A stretch of DNA of 53,128 nucleotides from a virus. Location: positions 1-53,128 of IMG/VR virus record IMGVR_UViG_3300043400_000014; one strand, given 5' to 3'. The position numbers and the translations under genes are program-made. This document shows positions 8,364 through 17,354 of this stretch, in pieces; position 1 is the stretch's first letter; every line of letters begins with the position of its first letter. The notes below the pieces were generated by a model. That model saw nothing but the letters and a program-made list of their open reading frames with translations. It ran no database searches and had not been told where the DNA came from.

Positions 8364-10376
8364 TTACATTGACTCGCCCCAACTTGGGCCCATTTCAACG
8401 TCAACCTTCATTGGTACGCTAAGTTGAACGACGTTTTCCATTATTTCAGCCCCCCGTCGCGCATCTTCCGGCGTCATTGAACCGTCAATTTCATCGTGAA
8501 CCTGAAGCTGAACATACAAGCCTTCATCGTCCATAGCCACAAGAGCCATTTTGGTTTGGTCTGCGGAACCGCCTTGAATTCTGCGATTAAAAGCCTTGTG
8601 TAACCAGTCAAAAGTCCCATCGTCTTTTTTGGGAAACCGACACCGGCGACCTGACAAAGTTTCGATATAACCTTGTTTTTCTGCTGTATCCTGCATATAT
8701 TGCGCCATTCGACGGACGAATGGAACCCGTTTATCAAACGTATCAGTAAGAGTTTGACCCTCTTTTCCAGCCACTTCCCAAAATCGGACCTGATAGCCGG
8801 CTTCACGTCCAGCGTTTGCCTTAGCAGCGCATTCCTCGCGCGTTTCAAAATCCCTAGACTTTCGCTGGCGACCTTGACCCCATTGAAGTCTCCAGGCCGT
8901 CGGCAAACCCAAATCGCGGCAAAGTTTAGCGCCGCCCATACCGTAAGATAGACCCAGGAATATGTTTTTGGCCGGTTTGCGTTTAATCCCTGCCATATCG
9001 GCCATCATTTGATGAAAGTCCATCGTTGGATCGTCCCGGTAACGTCTTGCCGCTTCCAACGCGCTTTCATAAGCCGCTTGTCCAATTGCTTTGGGACCGG
9101 ATTCAATCGCAGAATGAACGGCTTGTCTTGGTTCCTGCTGGCTGTAGTCGAGTGCTGCCCATTGACAACCGTCTTCAACGAAATCGGGAACATAAATCGA
9201 ACGCCACATCGGTCCGATTTCCTCATCTCGTGCAGGTTGGTTTTGAAAATTGAAATTGGCTGAACTTAGCCGCCCAAAAGCAGCGCCTTCTGTGTCGCCG
9301 CTGCCGTCATCTTTTTGCCGCCGGAGTTGGTTAAAGGTGCAGTGTGCCCGACCGTTTGTAAGATGATGCTTAACGCCGTCCACAAACGTGGATCGCAACG
9401 TGCTCATCTTTTTGGCCCGTCGTAAATGATCCGCAACTGGATGATCTATGCTGTCCAGGATCGCGCCGGTGACGCTGTCTTTCCCGGTCTTTGTTTTGGG
9501 CAGTTCAATCCCAATCTCGCGTAATACTCTGGCAACAACATTAGTATTGGTGATGTCGTGAAAACCCAAACGGTGACCCGTCAGGACTTGATTGGCTGCG
9601 TCGATAGCTAGCTGTTGTTGTTCTTTCGACCAGCGTTCAACTTGATCCAACCGATCTTGAGAAACGGCGACGCCCCGGCGACGCATTTTTACCAAAACGG
9701 GTAACACGCGACTTTCTAAATTGTAAACGCCCCACAAGTCTTGAGCCTCAATTTCGCGCTCTTGTCGCCGGAGAATAGCTAAGGGCAACCTGGCGTCTTG
9801 TTCCCCATACGGTCCAACGTGTTTAGCCGGAAGCGCCCAAATACCGCTCTTGGCGGTTTTATCCTTGTAACCGTAAGCTGAAAGCGCCTCTCTTAATAAG
9901 GTTTCGTCCTTCCCGGTTATCGACCAGCGTTCACTGATTGCTTCCATGCTGTAATTAAAATGCAACTCGTTGATTAATGGATCGGCAACTTGAATATCCC
10001 GAAACCATTTAACATTTGGAAAAACGATTTTTTCTTCAGCCAGAAAATCCAAATCATAACCGAGATTAGCCCCGCACAATATTCCATCAAATCGGGCAGC
10101 GCAATCACGAACATAATTCAAAACGGCTTCCGGGTCCATATTTCCCCCGCCGCCGTGACGGATTGGGAGATAAAAACTAGGACCATCTTCAATCGCAAAA
10201 CTGATACCAACAATATAAGCCCCCCGCCGAACGCCTGGACCTAGTTTGGTTAAAAGTTCATCCCGCGTTTCACAATCAATTCCAACGCGACCTGAACCCC
10301 AAGTGGTTGGAAGGTCCGATATTCGGGGGGCAATCCAACCACTATCGGGTTCAAAAAGCGGTAGTTGTGAATACAC
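8364..10376 (-). CDS. polA: family A DNA polymerase with 3'-5' exonuclease domain
   Basis: Exo I GIDCET; motif A LDYSQQEPR; motif B RKPAKNIFLGLSYGMG; motif C QVHDEI. GTG start with GAGGT 8 nt upstream. Confidence 0.95.
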   Translation of the reverse strand: MYSQLPLFEPDSGWIAPRISDLPTTWGSGRVGIDCETRDELLTKLGPGVRRGAYIVGISFAIEDGPSFYLPIRHGGGGNMDPEAVLNYVRDCAARFDGILCGANLGYDLDFLAEEKIVFPNVKWFRDIQVADPLINELHFNYSMEAISERWSITGKDETLLREALSAYGYKDKTAKSGIWALPAKHVGPYGEQDARLPLAILRRQEREIEAQDLWGVYNLESRVLPVLVKMRRRGVAVSQDRLDQVERWSKEQQQLAIDAANQVLTGHRLGFHDITNTNVVARVLREIGIELPKTKTGKDSVTGAILDSIDHPVADHLRRAKKMSTLRSTFVDGVKHHLTNGRAHCTFNQLRRQKDDGSGDTEGAAFGRLSSANFNFQNQPARDEEIGPMWRSIYVPDFVEDGCQWAALDYSQQEPRQAVHSAIESGPKAIGQAAYESALEAARRYRDDPTMDFHQMMADMAGIKRKPAKNIFLGLSYGMGGAKLCRDLGLPTAWRLQWGQGRQRKSRDFETREECAAKANAGREAGYQVRFWEVAGKEGQTLTDTFDKRVPFVRRMAQYMQDTAEKQGYIETLSGRRCRFPKKDDGTFDWLHKAFNRRIQGGSADQTKMALVAMDDEGLYVQLQVHDEIDGSMTPEDARRGAEIMENVVQLSVPMKVDVEMGPSWGESM

Positions 10377-10653
10377 GTTGCAATACCTCTAAACGGTTGT
10401 CAAAATCTTTATCTTTATCGCACAGTTCGCAAATCTTCCGGTAGGCGTGTCTCATTGTGGTGCGGTCGCGACCGAAAACACGCCCTAACTCACTCCAACT
10501 AATGTCGGGAATGTTGCTGTAACACATATAGACGGCGACTTGTCGAGCATGAGCAATATCGCGCGAGGATCGGGTGGATGCCATAAGTTGATACCGGGTA
10601 ACCCCCAACTCTTTTTGTATAAAGTCCAGGATGTTTTCAATCTCCGGTTTCAT
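10351..10653 (-). CDS. stand-alone DnaA domain IV (DnaA C-terminal DNA-binding domain) protein
   Basis: TRSSRDIAHARQVAVYMC..SWSELGRVFGRDRTTMRHAYRKI aligns to the E. coli DnaA segment [39 protein letters not shown]. No AAA+ domain is present. Confidence 0.8.
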   Translation of the reverse strand: MKPEIENILDFIQKELGVTRYQLMASTRSSRDIAHARQVAVYMCYSNIPDISWSELGRVFGRDRTTMRHAYRKICELCDKDKDFDNRLEVLQRVFTTTAF

Positions 10654-11038
10654 CAATCCACGCCTCCAAATCTTCGATAATCTTTTCAAGGTCTTCGCGA
10701 ATTTTCCAACCATCAATCCGTTTAGTCAAATCGGCTTCAACCAAATTGAGATTAGCGTACGTAACGTAGCTGTAAAGTTTTGAACCTGAGCGCCCACTTC
10801 GCCAACCAGCTGGAACTTCAGAGGTAACGCGAACCTCGCCAAAGTGAACAGCAATCAGCTTTTTGATATAGCTTAAAGCTTTTTCAAGGTCTTTTTTACC
10901 GCCCTTATTGCGCCAGCGTCCGATATACTTGGTTGCGTTGCCTTCCAAGTATCCCAATCCGGTTTCAGCTACCCAATCCCAATGACCGTATTGGGATTGG
11001 TAATGGTCGCCGCCGACCTGTTCAACAAAAGTTCGCAT
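10637..11038 (-). CDS. DUF3310 (SaV-like) family protein
   Basis: GGDHYQ..GNATKYIGRW..KDLEKALSYIKKLI signature recalled from DUF3310 phage proteins. Confidence 0.6.
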   Translation of the reverse strand: MRTFVEQVGGDHYQSQYGHWDWVAETGLGYLEGNATKYIGRWRNKGGKKDLEKALSYIKKLIAVHFGEVRVTSEVPAGWRSGRSGSKLYSYVTYANLNLVEADLTKRIDGWKIREDLEKIIEDLEAWIDETGD

Positions 11039-11463
11039 CACTGGCTCCCAAGAAGTTCAATCAACTCATTGATTGAAGTTGCAATTTCAACGTCGGGTAA
11101 CGCTGTGAAAACGCTTTCATGTCCGACCGGCAGGTGATCGTGACCGCCCTTGGTCTCATTCATATTCAGAACTGCAATACACCGCTTGCCCAGAGCGTGC
11201 GCCATCCCGAACTCAAACCAGCGACCACCGCCCCGGTTTTCGGATGCTTGCGGTTCACCGAAAAATACCAGAGTATCAGCGCGGCGAACGTCTTCAACGT
11301 CCATAATCGCCGCTTCCTGGATCGTGCGACATTTTTCTTCAGCGTCCCAAAGCCATTGAGATGTGACTTCAAAACCTGAAGCTTGAAGTTGTTCCCCCAG
11401 TTCCCTGAGACCTTCCTTGCGCCGCGCATACCGGGCGGCCAAATAAACACTTTTAGTCTGCAT
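11038..11463 (-). CDS. nucleoside 2-deoxyribosyltransferase-like / deoxynucleotide N-glycosidase-like protein
   Basis: VYLAARY..DVEDVRRADTLVFFGE..GRWFEFGMAHALGKRCIAV matches the Rossmann-like NDT/Rcl layout. Confidence 0.55.
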   Translation of the reverse strand: MQTKSVYLAARYARRKEGLRELGEQLQASGFEVTSQWLWDAEEKCRTIQEAAIMDVEDVRRADTLVFFGEPQASENRGGGRWFEFGMAHALGKRCIAVLNMNETKGGHDHLPVGHESVFTALPDVEIATSINELIELLGSQ

Positions 11464-12601
11464 AACTCACTCCGTCATCTGATTGTTTCTTCAATGCGGC
11501 TTCCCGATTGGAAAGCCAAAGTACGGCTCCTGCTTTCCAATCGTTGTCTGCCGGCACCTGGTCCAAAATTTCACGGGCATGTAAAATCCCATCCAGCCCG
11601 CCCCGGCGTTTGTACGCACGATGCGCCATGACCATAGGACAAGCGACTTTACGCAAAAAATTTGAACGAATGCCGACTTTGGCAGGGTCTTTCAAAAATG
11701 CGTCGATATCTTGAAAAACTTCGACATGATTTCCCATGTCACTAAACATCGGCATCGCTTTCACGGCGCGGGAACCGTAAGGATCAGCACCTTCATACCA
11801 TACCGGTGGGGCTTCGCCACCGGCGTCCTGTGAAACCATCCAAGGCCAGCTTTCCCCCGCTTTCCCGAGCGTGCTTAGATAAGCGTGGAAATTGTTCGCA
11901 ACTTGCCAATAAAACCCGACCGGAACGCCGACCGCAGCGGCGATAAACTCTTGCAGTACCGAAAAATGCACTGCATTGGCACCGTAAGCGCCCCAAACCA
12001 TATCGTTTGACCGATTATACACAGTCAGGTTCAAACGCCCGTCGGTGCCAATCGTCGGCAACGCGACCAGATTGCAAGGAACGTCTTTCCCCCCGTTATC
12101 TGCCGCAGCCATATCGGTTCTTGGGTCCCACATCTGAATAACCACGCGCCGGTCATTCGGATCAGCTTTCAATCTTTGAATTGCCCAAGATATCTGATCT
12201 AGATTGGAACTACGAGTTACACTCGACCCGCCCATCGTAAACGGTTGTTCGCGGTTGACGCTCTTAAAATGATTCCGCCAGCGCCAGCCGTAAGCCCCAG
12301 GTTGCGTCTTTCCCCCATCATCGCTGAAGTTGGACATATTTTTGACGTATTCTGTCAAAGGCGCTAGGTCGTTTCGACCTGCCAGCATCCAAAGGCTTTC
12401 ATAAAGGTGAAAGAAAGGGTTTGCATCGCGACCTGGATGTAACATTACCCGTTCGGTCGGTTTAAAATAAACTGTCGATACTGGACCCGGCGCGACCAAT
12501 ACCGGACCATTTCGACTTTCGCGCTCCACTCCAATTTCTCGTAGCATTCGCGCCCCGGCCCAAAGAGCGTCGTTAACGTTCCGTGATTCAATCGTGATCA
12601 T
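11453..12601 (-). CDS. thymidylate-synthase-fold enzyme, probable dUMP hydroxymethylase
   Basis: DVPCNLVA aligns to ThyA PPCH (catalytic Cys). VYNRSNDMVWGAYGANAVHF aligns to YQRSxDxxLGxPFNIASY with the uracil-specifying Asn retained. At 382 aa it is longer than typical ThyA. It sits directly upstream of the hypermodification genes. Confidence 0.75.
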   Translation of the reverse strand: MITIESRNVNDALWAGARMLREIGVERESRNGPVLVAPGPVSTVYFKPTERVMLHPGRDANPFFHLYESLWMLAGRNDLAPLTEYVKNMSNFSDDGGKTQPGAYGWRWRNHFKSVNREQPFTMGGSSVTRSSNLDQISWAIQRLKADPNDRRVVIQMWDPRTDMAAADNGGKDVPCNLVALPTIGTDGRLNLTVYNRSNDMVWGAYGANAVHFSVLQEFIAAAVGVPVGFYWQVANNFHAYLSTLGKAGESWPWMVSQDAGGEAPPVWYEGADPYGSRAVKAMPMFSDMGNHVEVFQDIDAFLKDPAKVGIRSNFLRKVACPMVMAHRAYKRRGGLDGILHAREILDQVPADNDWKAGAVLWLSNREAALKKQSDDGVSYAD

Positions 12602-12637
12602 AAGTTTTCCTTTCCTTGGATTTCTTCGACGGGGGGC

Positions 12638-13651
12638 TCAATACCCCCGCCCCGGAACGTACTTTGCTCTTGGGCGACCTTCCTCATTCAACACGCGAAG
12701 ATATTTGTCTGTTTCGCATAAACAGTTTTGAATATCGCTCAGTTCAATTTTGGGAACCCAAGGCGCTCTATAGCGGTCCTGCGTTTCCCAAATATATCGC
12801 ATTTCATGAAGTCCCTGCTCTTGGGACAAGTTAAAGTCAAGTGGGCGACCTGCCAAGCGGTTAAGTCCGCGACGCGAACCTGGACCGAGCGCTGCCCATG
12901 TGTTGATGTCTGGAGCGTTTCGGAGATAGCGGGTATGTCGAAGGTCAACGACAACCTGATACGCCATGAACGGTCCCCAGCCGATATAATGTTTGTCCTG
13001 CAACATCCTCCAAATTGTTTGCATTTCCAATTGATCGTGGAACATATTGCGCCAATGATGACGATCCTCCCAAAGACGTCCAATTACAATTTTGGCAATG
13101 TAACTCTGTTTACTCCAAGAATACCAAGGCTTGGTTTTATCGCTTTCGGCGCGGATCATGTACGCGCCGGTATAAATCTTTACGCCTTGCTCAGAAATCG
13201 CATTCAGAGCCTGACTAAGATAATCAGGCGTAAAATCAGGATGTGAAGGCCAACATGGTAACTCATCGCTATTCGACGCCTGTATGAGACGCTGAAGCGT
13301 GTCCGGCCAGTTGATCGTCCGGGCGATGGCAAGCATCAACCAAAGGTCAGGGTGATTCGCAAAGGGTTTTCGGATATTTTGATCAATCCACACCGTTACT
13401 CGGTCGAGTTCGCGGAATACGTTACAGAAGCGATACTGCTGTAAAATTTTACTCAACGTCAACGGTCCAAAACGGTCTTCATCCACAAACCGATTTGGAT
13501 CACATTCCTCCAGGTCCGCGTCTTTTGGAGCGTATGGCCAAGGATCGCCGGGATTTTCAAATCCGCCTTCCCTTATCCATTTGCGAATATAGATTGCATG
13601 ACGTTCATTTGCCCACTGCCAAAGAAGTTGAACGTTCAAATCACTTGACAT
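12638..13651 (-). CDS. aGPT-Pplase-like (alpha-glutamyl/putrescinyl thymine pyrophosphorylase family) protein
   Basis: QQYRFCNVFRELDRVTVWI signature recalled from the aGPT-Pplase family; overlaps the downstream P-loop kinase by 11 nt. Confidence 0.6.
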   Translation of the reverse strand: MSSDLNVQLLWQWANERHAIYIRKWIREGGFENPGDPWPYAPKDADLEECDPNRFVDEDRFGPLTLSKILQQYRFCNVFRELDRVTVWIDQNIRKPFANHPDLWLMLAIARTINWPDTLQRLIQASNSDELPCWPSHPDFTPDYLSQALNAISEQGVKIYTGAYMIRAESDKTKPWYSWSKQSYIAKIVIGRLWEDRHHWRNMFHDQLEMQTIWRMLQDKHYIGWGPFMAYQVVVDLRHTRYLRNAPDINTWAALGPGSRRGLNRLAGRPLDFNLSQEQGLHEMRYIWETQDRYRAPWVPKIELSDIQNCLCETDKYLRVLNEEGRPRAKYVPGRGY

Positions 13652-14243
13652 TGATAGCCTCCATCAAGTCAGCGTAAGCGGTTTCGTGATGCAGGGTTAT
13701 GGTGCGAATACCCGCACGATCGAACTTCGAACGCGTGGCTTCAATCGCCTTGATTTTGTCGCGCACCAAATCAACTTTGATATCTCGGGCTTCCCCCTTG
13801 GCTGCGATTTGTCGAGCAGTGATCCGCTCCAAACACAATTCCAACGGCGTGTCGAGATAAGCAATCAGAACCCCGCCCGGTCCAAACCGTTTAAAGAACT
13901 CCAACCATGATCCCGCGACCGTTGAAGCCAACACTCCCTCACAAATCACATGCTTGACCGGTTCCCCCGAAAGATTGTGCCAGCCGTCCGCGACCAAAAC
14001 CGCGTCTTGTTGAAGTTCGAACGATAGAATAGTGTCCATACCGCCGCAACCCTGTTTGTACGACCCGACGGCTAAAAAGCCTCCTGGTTTTCCCCAACCT
14101 TCAACAAATCTCTGCCGGTTCGGTTCTTTCTTTGTGGGCGACGTATATTGAACCAGATCAATCGGAGTTGCGTCGGGTCCAATCAACGACCGCGCAAGAT
14201 GAGTTTTTCCAGAACCGTTTGTTCCACGAATATTGATGATCAC
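13641..14243 (-). CDS. P-loop kinase, candidate 5-hmdU DNA kinase
   Basis: Walker A GTNGSGKT at residues 7-14. GTG start with GGAG 7 nt upstream. Flanked by two aGPT-Pplase-like genes. Confidence 0.5.
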   Translation of the reverse strand: MIINIRGTNGSGKTHLARSLIGPDATPIDLVQYTSPTKKEPNRQRFVEGWGKPGGFLAVGSYKQGCGGMDTILSFELQQDAVLVADGWHNLSGEPVKHVICEGVLASTVAGSWLEFFKRFGPGGVLIAYLDTPLELCLERITARQIAAKGEARDIKVDLVRDKIKAIEATRSKFDRAGIRTITLHHETAYADLMEAINVK

Positions 14244-14269
14244 ACTTGTTCTCCTTTTCTAATTCCTCA

Positions 14270-14298
14270 ACCCTATCCCCGCCGGGGATATCAGTCAA
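14270..14298 (-). promoter_or_regulatory. sigma70-like promoter, -35 TTGACT (14293..14298), 17 nt, -10 TAGGGT (14270..14275)
   Basis: The spacer contains the perfect palindrome ATCCCCG-C-CGGGGAT (14275..14289). Confidence 0.45.
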
Positions 14299-15101
14299 GC
14301 CTTAGTGTATTGGTAAGCCGCCAGAAGGTCTTGCGCATCCCATTTAACTAATTCCGCCAAATGGTCGCGCGTATCCAAACCTATCCAATAGTGCCCCCGG
14401 CGTGCTGATTTCCATTTGCACAAAACAGTTTCAATTTCCTGGATATTGACCAACCGGGCTGAGTTCCCACCATAACCTGGAGCAAGCATTCCGCCATAAG
14501 CGTCAAGCATTTCAACGACAACTTGCTGCGTATTGGAACCCAAACCCATAATGGCCGCAGCCATTTCCGCGCCTTCTTTTGGGTCTTTGTAAAGGGTGAT
14601 CACTTCATCTGGAAAATCGATCCCGACGCCCAAAACGCGCTCAAGCATATCTGCAGCCTTGAATGCGATCCAAGGACCGAATTGCGGCCAATTCATCAAC
14701 TGATTGACGTCGTTCAATGACCGGGCAACCTCCAGCGATATCACGGCTTCCTCGGGATGACGAAAACGAGAACTGAGTGCCCAGACGCTCTCAACGCACT
14801 TTTGACCGCGCCAGTGACGACGCTCATGCGCTCTGGGCCAACGACCGCCGATTGGAGCCGGTTTTTCGTTAATTGCGGCAGTTTCCAACATGTCCCAAAA
14901 ACGAGAGCCTGAGTATTGGCTGATGTACCAACTTGCGCCGACTGAATAGCAACACCAATAAGCAAGCAGAAAACGGCGCAACCTCGCGCCCTTCACGTTC
15001 CAATGAGTCAAACCTACGTACAGCGGGTCATGATCATTGGTTAAAATGAGCTGCCGACCCCATTCAACAGGATCATCAATTCTGGGTTGGTTATCCTTCA
15101 C
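14295..15101 (-). CDS. second, divergent aGPT-Pplase-like protein
   Basis: DPLYVGL..RRFLLAYWCCYSVGASWY..AHERRHWRG resembles other aGPT-Pplase clades (recall only). GTG start with GGGAGG 7 nt upstream and a GTGA overlap with the radical SAM gene. Confidence 0.45.
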   Translation of the reverse strand: MKDNQPRIDDPVEWGRQLILTNDHDPLYVGLTHWNVKGARLRRFLLAYWCCYSVGASWYISQYSGSRFWDMLETAAINEKPAPIGGRWPRAHERRHWRGQKCVESVWALSSRFRHPEEAVISLEVARSLNDVNQLMNWPQFGPWIAFKAADMLERVLGVGIDFPDEVITLYKDPKEGAEMAAAIMGLGSNTQQVVVEMLDAYGGMLAPGYGGNSARLVNIQEIETVLCKWKSARRGHYWIGLDTRDHLAELVKWDAQDLLAAYQYTKA

Positions 15102-16510
15102 GGTTTTACCTCCCTATCATAAGCGCTTTTTCGAAAATCAGGTAATCGGTTCGCTTTTGCTGCCCCAAATACCAATGAACCACAGGCTCCCCGACCTTCC
15201 GGTGATTTGTCTCCACAACTCAAGCAGCCAGAAGGGGGACACTGTGTAACTTCGCTGAAGGGGACCGATGTATCAAACCGGGTAAACATTGGAACCCGTT
15301 GGCCATGACACTGGTCTGACGTTATAAATTTAGACCCAATCGAACGGGTTTGTTTATTTAGCAGTGCCCCGGTTTTTGGATCGCGATTGATATACTCGTA
15401 TTCATAGCAGGTGCTGTAGGTCATCCCCAACTTGGTAGCATAGGGTTGAAGGCGACGATGAGCCTCCATCCTCCAGGCTTCATCAACACACTTTTGACCT
15501 CCCATATTATCAGTAAAGAGAGATTCAAAAAACTTGCCCCGGTTTTCACCAAATCGCTTCTTGATACGTTCAACCATAGTACCGGCCCAAGCATACCCGG
15601 CTTCCACAAACTTGATAATAACATGGTTGTTTCCAACCTCTGCCAACATTTCAAACAGTTGTTCAATTTCCTCCAAAGAAGTAACGCCCGGAACAATCGG
15701 GTTTACCTGAATTGAAGTATAGATACCTTGACGCCGTAATTCCCCCACCTGGGCAATATGATCCAAAAGAGGCATAGCCCCAGGACTAAGCTTTTTCCAA
15801 TCTTCTGGATCGGAAGTATTTATCGACTTTTGGGCATAACTGTATTTATTCTTCTTGAGCAAATCAATAGCCCAACCGGGGTAACTCATCCGGCTGAGAA
15901 AGAAAATTGGCAAGCCGCGATCCACAAAAGCGTTTGCCCCTAATTCAGTGTTATGGTACACATCTTCCAAAGGTAAAAAGGGATCGGTAAAACTTGAAAA
16001 ATAACCAGCGGATGAGGTTTTCATAGTATCCAGCTGCTTGGCTACGTGAGCGCCGTAATCAACAGGAACCGTAATCAGACCGCTGCCCCGATAACCTTTC
16101 AATCCGCTGTTGATATAGCAGAAAGCGCAACCCACTGTACAAAATCCGCCGTAAGGTTCGGTCAGAATTGCGTCAGTCATGCAAGGACGTTCCCGACCGG
16201 TTCCGCCGACCAGACCTTTACCTTGATACCAACCCTGAAGGTCTTTTCCCTTTTCAAGACGAATATGAGGGGCGTAACTGCGACCGTCGAAACCGATATA
16301 AACCTTGACTTCTTTTGAAGGATCGGCCCCCCGGATCATGGCAACCCGAGCCATACGAAACTTAGCGGTTAATCCAGTAAGCGGATCGCGCTCTTCTTCA
16401 ATTGGTCCAAGAAACTCTCGCATATCAGGATCAGGACGCATGAAAAATTTATAAGCGTCTTGAGCCGGTTCGTCTGACTGCCCAAGCAGCCAATCTTGTT
16501 CATTTTGCAT
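15098..16510 (-). CDS. radical SAM enzyme (spore-photoproduct-lyase-like size), Cys-rich C-terminus
   Basis: CTVGCAFC is a CX3CX2C cluster motif. C-terminal CPPSGCLSCGDKSPEGRGACG. Start set at ATG 16510 to avoid overlapping the PLP gene. Confidence 0.85.
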   Translation of the reverse strand: MQNEQDWLLGQSDEPAQDAYKFFMRPDPDMREFLGPIEEERDPLTGLTAKFRMARVAMIRGADPSKEVKVYIGFDGRSYAPHIRLEKGKDLQGWYQGKGLVGGTGRERPCMTDAILTEPYGGFCTVGCAFCYINSGLKGYRGSGLITVPVDYGAHVAKQLDTMKTSSAGYFSSFTDPFLPLEDVYHNTELGANAFVDRGLPIFFLSRMSYPGWAIDLLKKNKYSYAQKSINTSDPEDWKKLSPGAMPLLDHIAQVGELRRQGIYTSIQVNPIVPGVTSLEEIEQLFEMLAEVGNNHVIIKFVEAGYAWAGTMVERIKKRFGENRGKFFESLFTDNMGGQKCVDEAWRMEAHRRLQPYATKLGMTYSTCYEYEYINRDPKTGALLNKQTRSIGSKFITSDQCHGQRVPMFTRFDTSVPFSEVTQCPPSGCLSCGDKSPEGRGACGSLVFGAAKANRLPDFRKSAYDREVKP

Positions 16511-16520
16511 CCTAGTTTCC

Positions 16521-17354
16521 TTATCCAATGTTCCAAAAAAGCGCTTCACGGTACTTAGCGCGACCTTCCCGCATCCACCAGCGAAAAGCTTTAAGGTCGT
16601 AGTACACGTTGCACGGCCACAAGGGATCGGGACCAGGTTTAGCTACGTCGCCATAGCTGTAACCCTCGTTAATAAATTTTATCCGGATCGCAGAAGTTTG
16701 AGCCATTTTTTCAATATACTTGTAAATTGCAGCCTCCGAACGGTCATAACCTTGATGAATAATAAATTCTCGTTCAAAGTCCCCGGCGTCGCGAAACCCC
16801 TTGATAACTCCGGCTGCAATAGTTCCGCTGCTGGCAGCTATGACCACCGGCATGTGTTTAGGTAACGGTATGGACGCGAGTGTGTACAAAACTTCCGCAG
16901 CTGTTTCGGTGATCATTTCCGGCAGTTTCAAAGCATTCGGCATCATATACGCGCCCGGATATTTTTCTTGCAGTAACTTTTTGGCCTGGTGGTATAAGAT
17001 CGCTGAACGACCGGCCTGAAGTGGAGTAATCTCAGCACCCAAGTCGTAAGCCATACATTGCTGCAACTGCCAAGCGTAATCTTCTCGGTTCCGATCTGCT
17101 TTGCGCAACGGGTAAAAATTGACCGCGCGTTTACCAAGCAATTTACAAGCTTCAGCGACGGCGTGCCCCGCCTGGCTGTGATAAGTATCGAGAACTCCGA
17201 TCACCATTTCAGGTCGGGCTTTAATATGTGAAAATACGCCACGAGTTTTACTGAATGGTGGTCCAGGCGGAAGGCAACTAAGGTCTTCACGCTTCACCAA
17301 AAGTCCAAAATTGCTCAGATAATCTTGGACGGGGGTCATTGACTGTAAGGGCAT
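16521..17354 (-). CDS. PLP-dependent enzyme, fold type II (Trp-synthase-beta / ACC-deaminase-like)
   Basis: LVKREDL....PFSKTRG places the Lys as in the KREDL..GSxKxR PLP motif. AASSGTIAAG is a glycine-rich phosphate loop. Confidence 0.6.
   Translation of the reverse strand: MPLQSMTPVQDYLSNFGLLVKREDLSCLPPGPPFSKTRGVFSHIKARPEMVIGVLDTYHSQAGHAVAEACKLLGKRAVNFYPLRKADRNREDYAWQLQQCMAYDLGAEITPLQAGRSAILYHQAKKLLQEKYPGAYMMPNALKLPEMITETAAEVLYTLASIPLPKHMPVVIAASSGTIAAGVIKGFRDAGDFEREFIIHQGYDRSEAAIYKYIEKMAQTSAIRIKFINEGYSYGDVAKPGPDPLWPCNVYYDLKAFRWWMREGRAKYREALFWNIG

Noticed and set aside
12625-12655. G6/C5 stem around the stop codon of 12638..13651 as a terminator
   Set aside because: It has only about 5 bp of G:C pairing and no U-tract on either side. 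It lies inside a tightly coupled operon, so it is probably coincidental.
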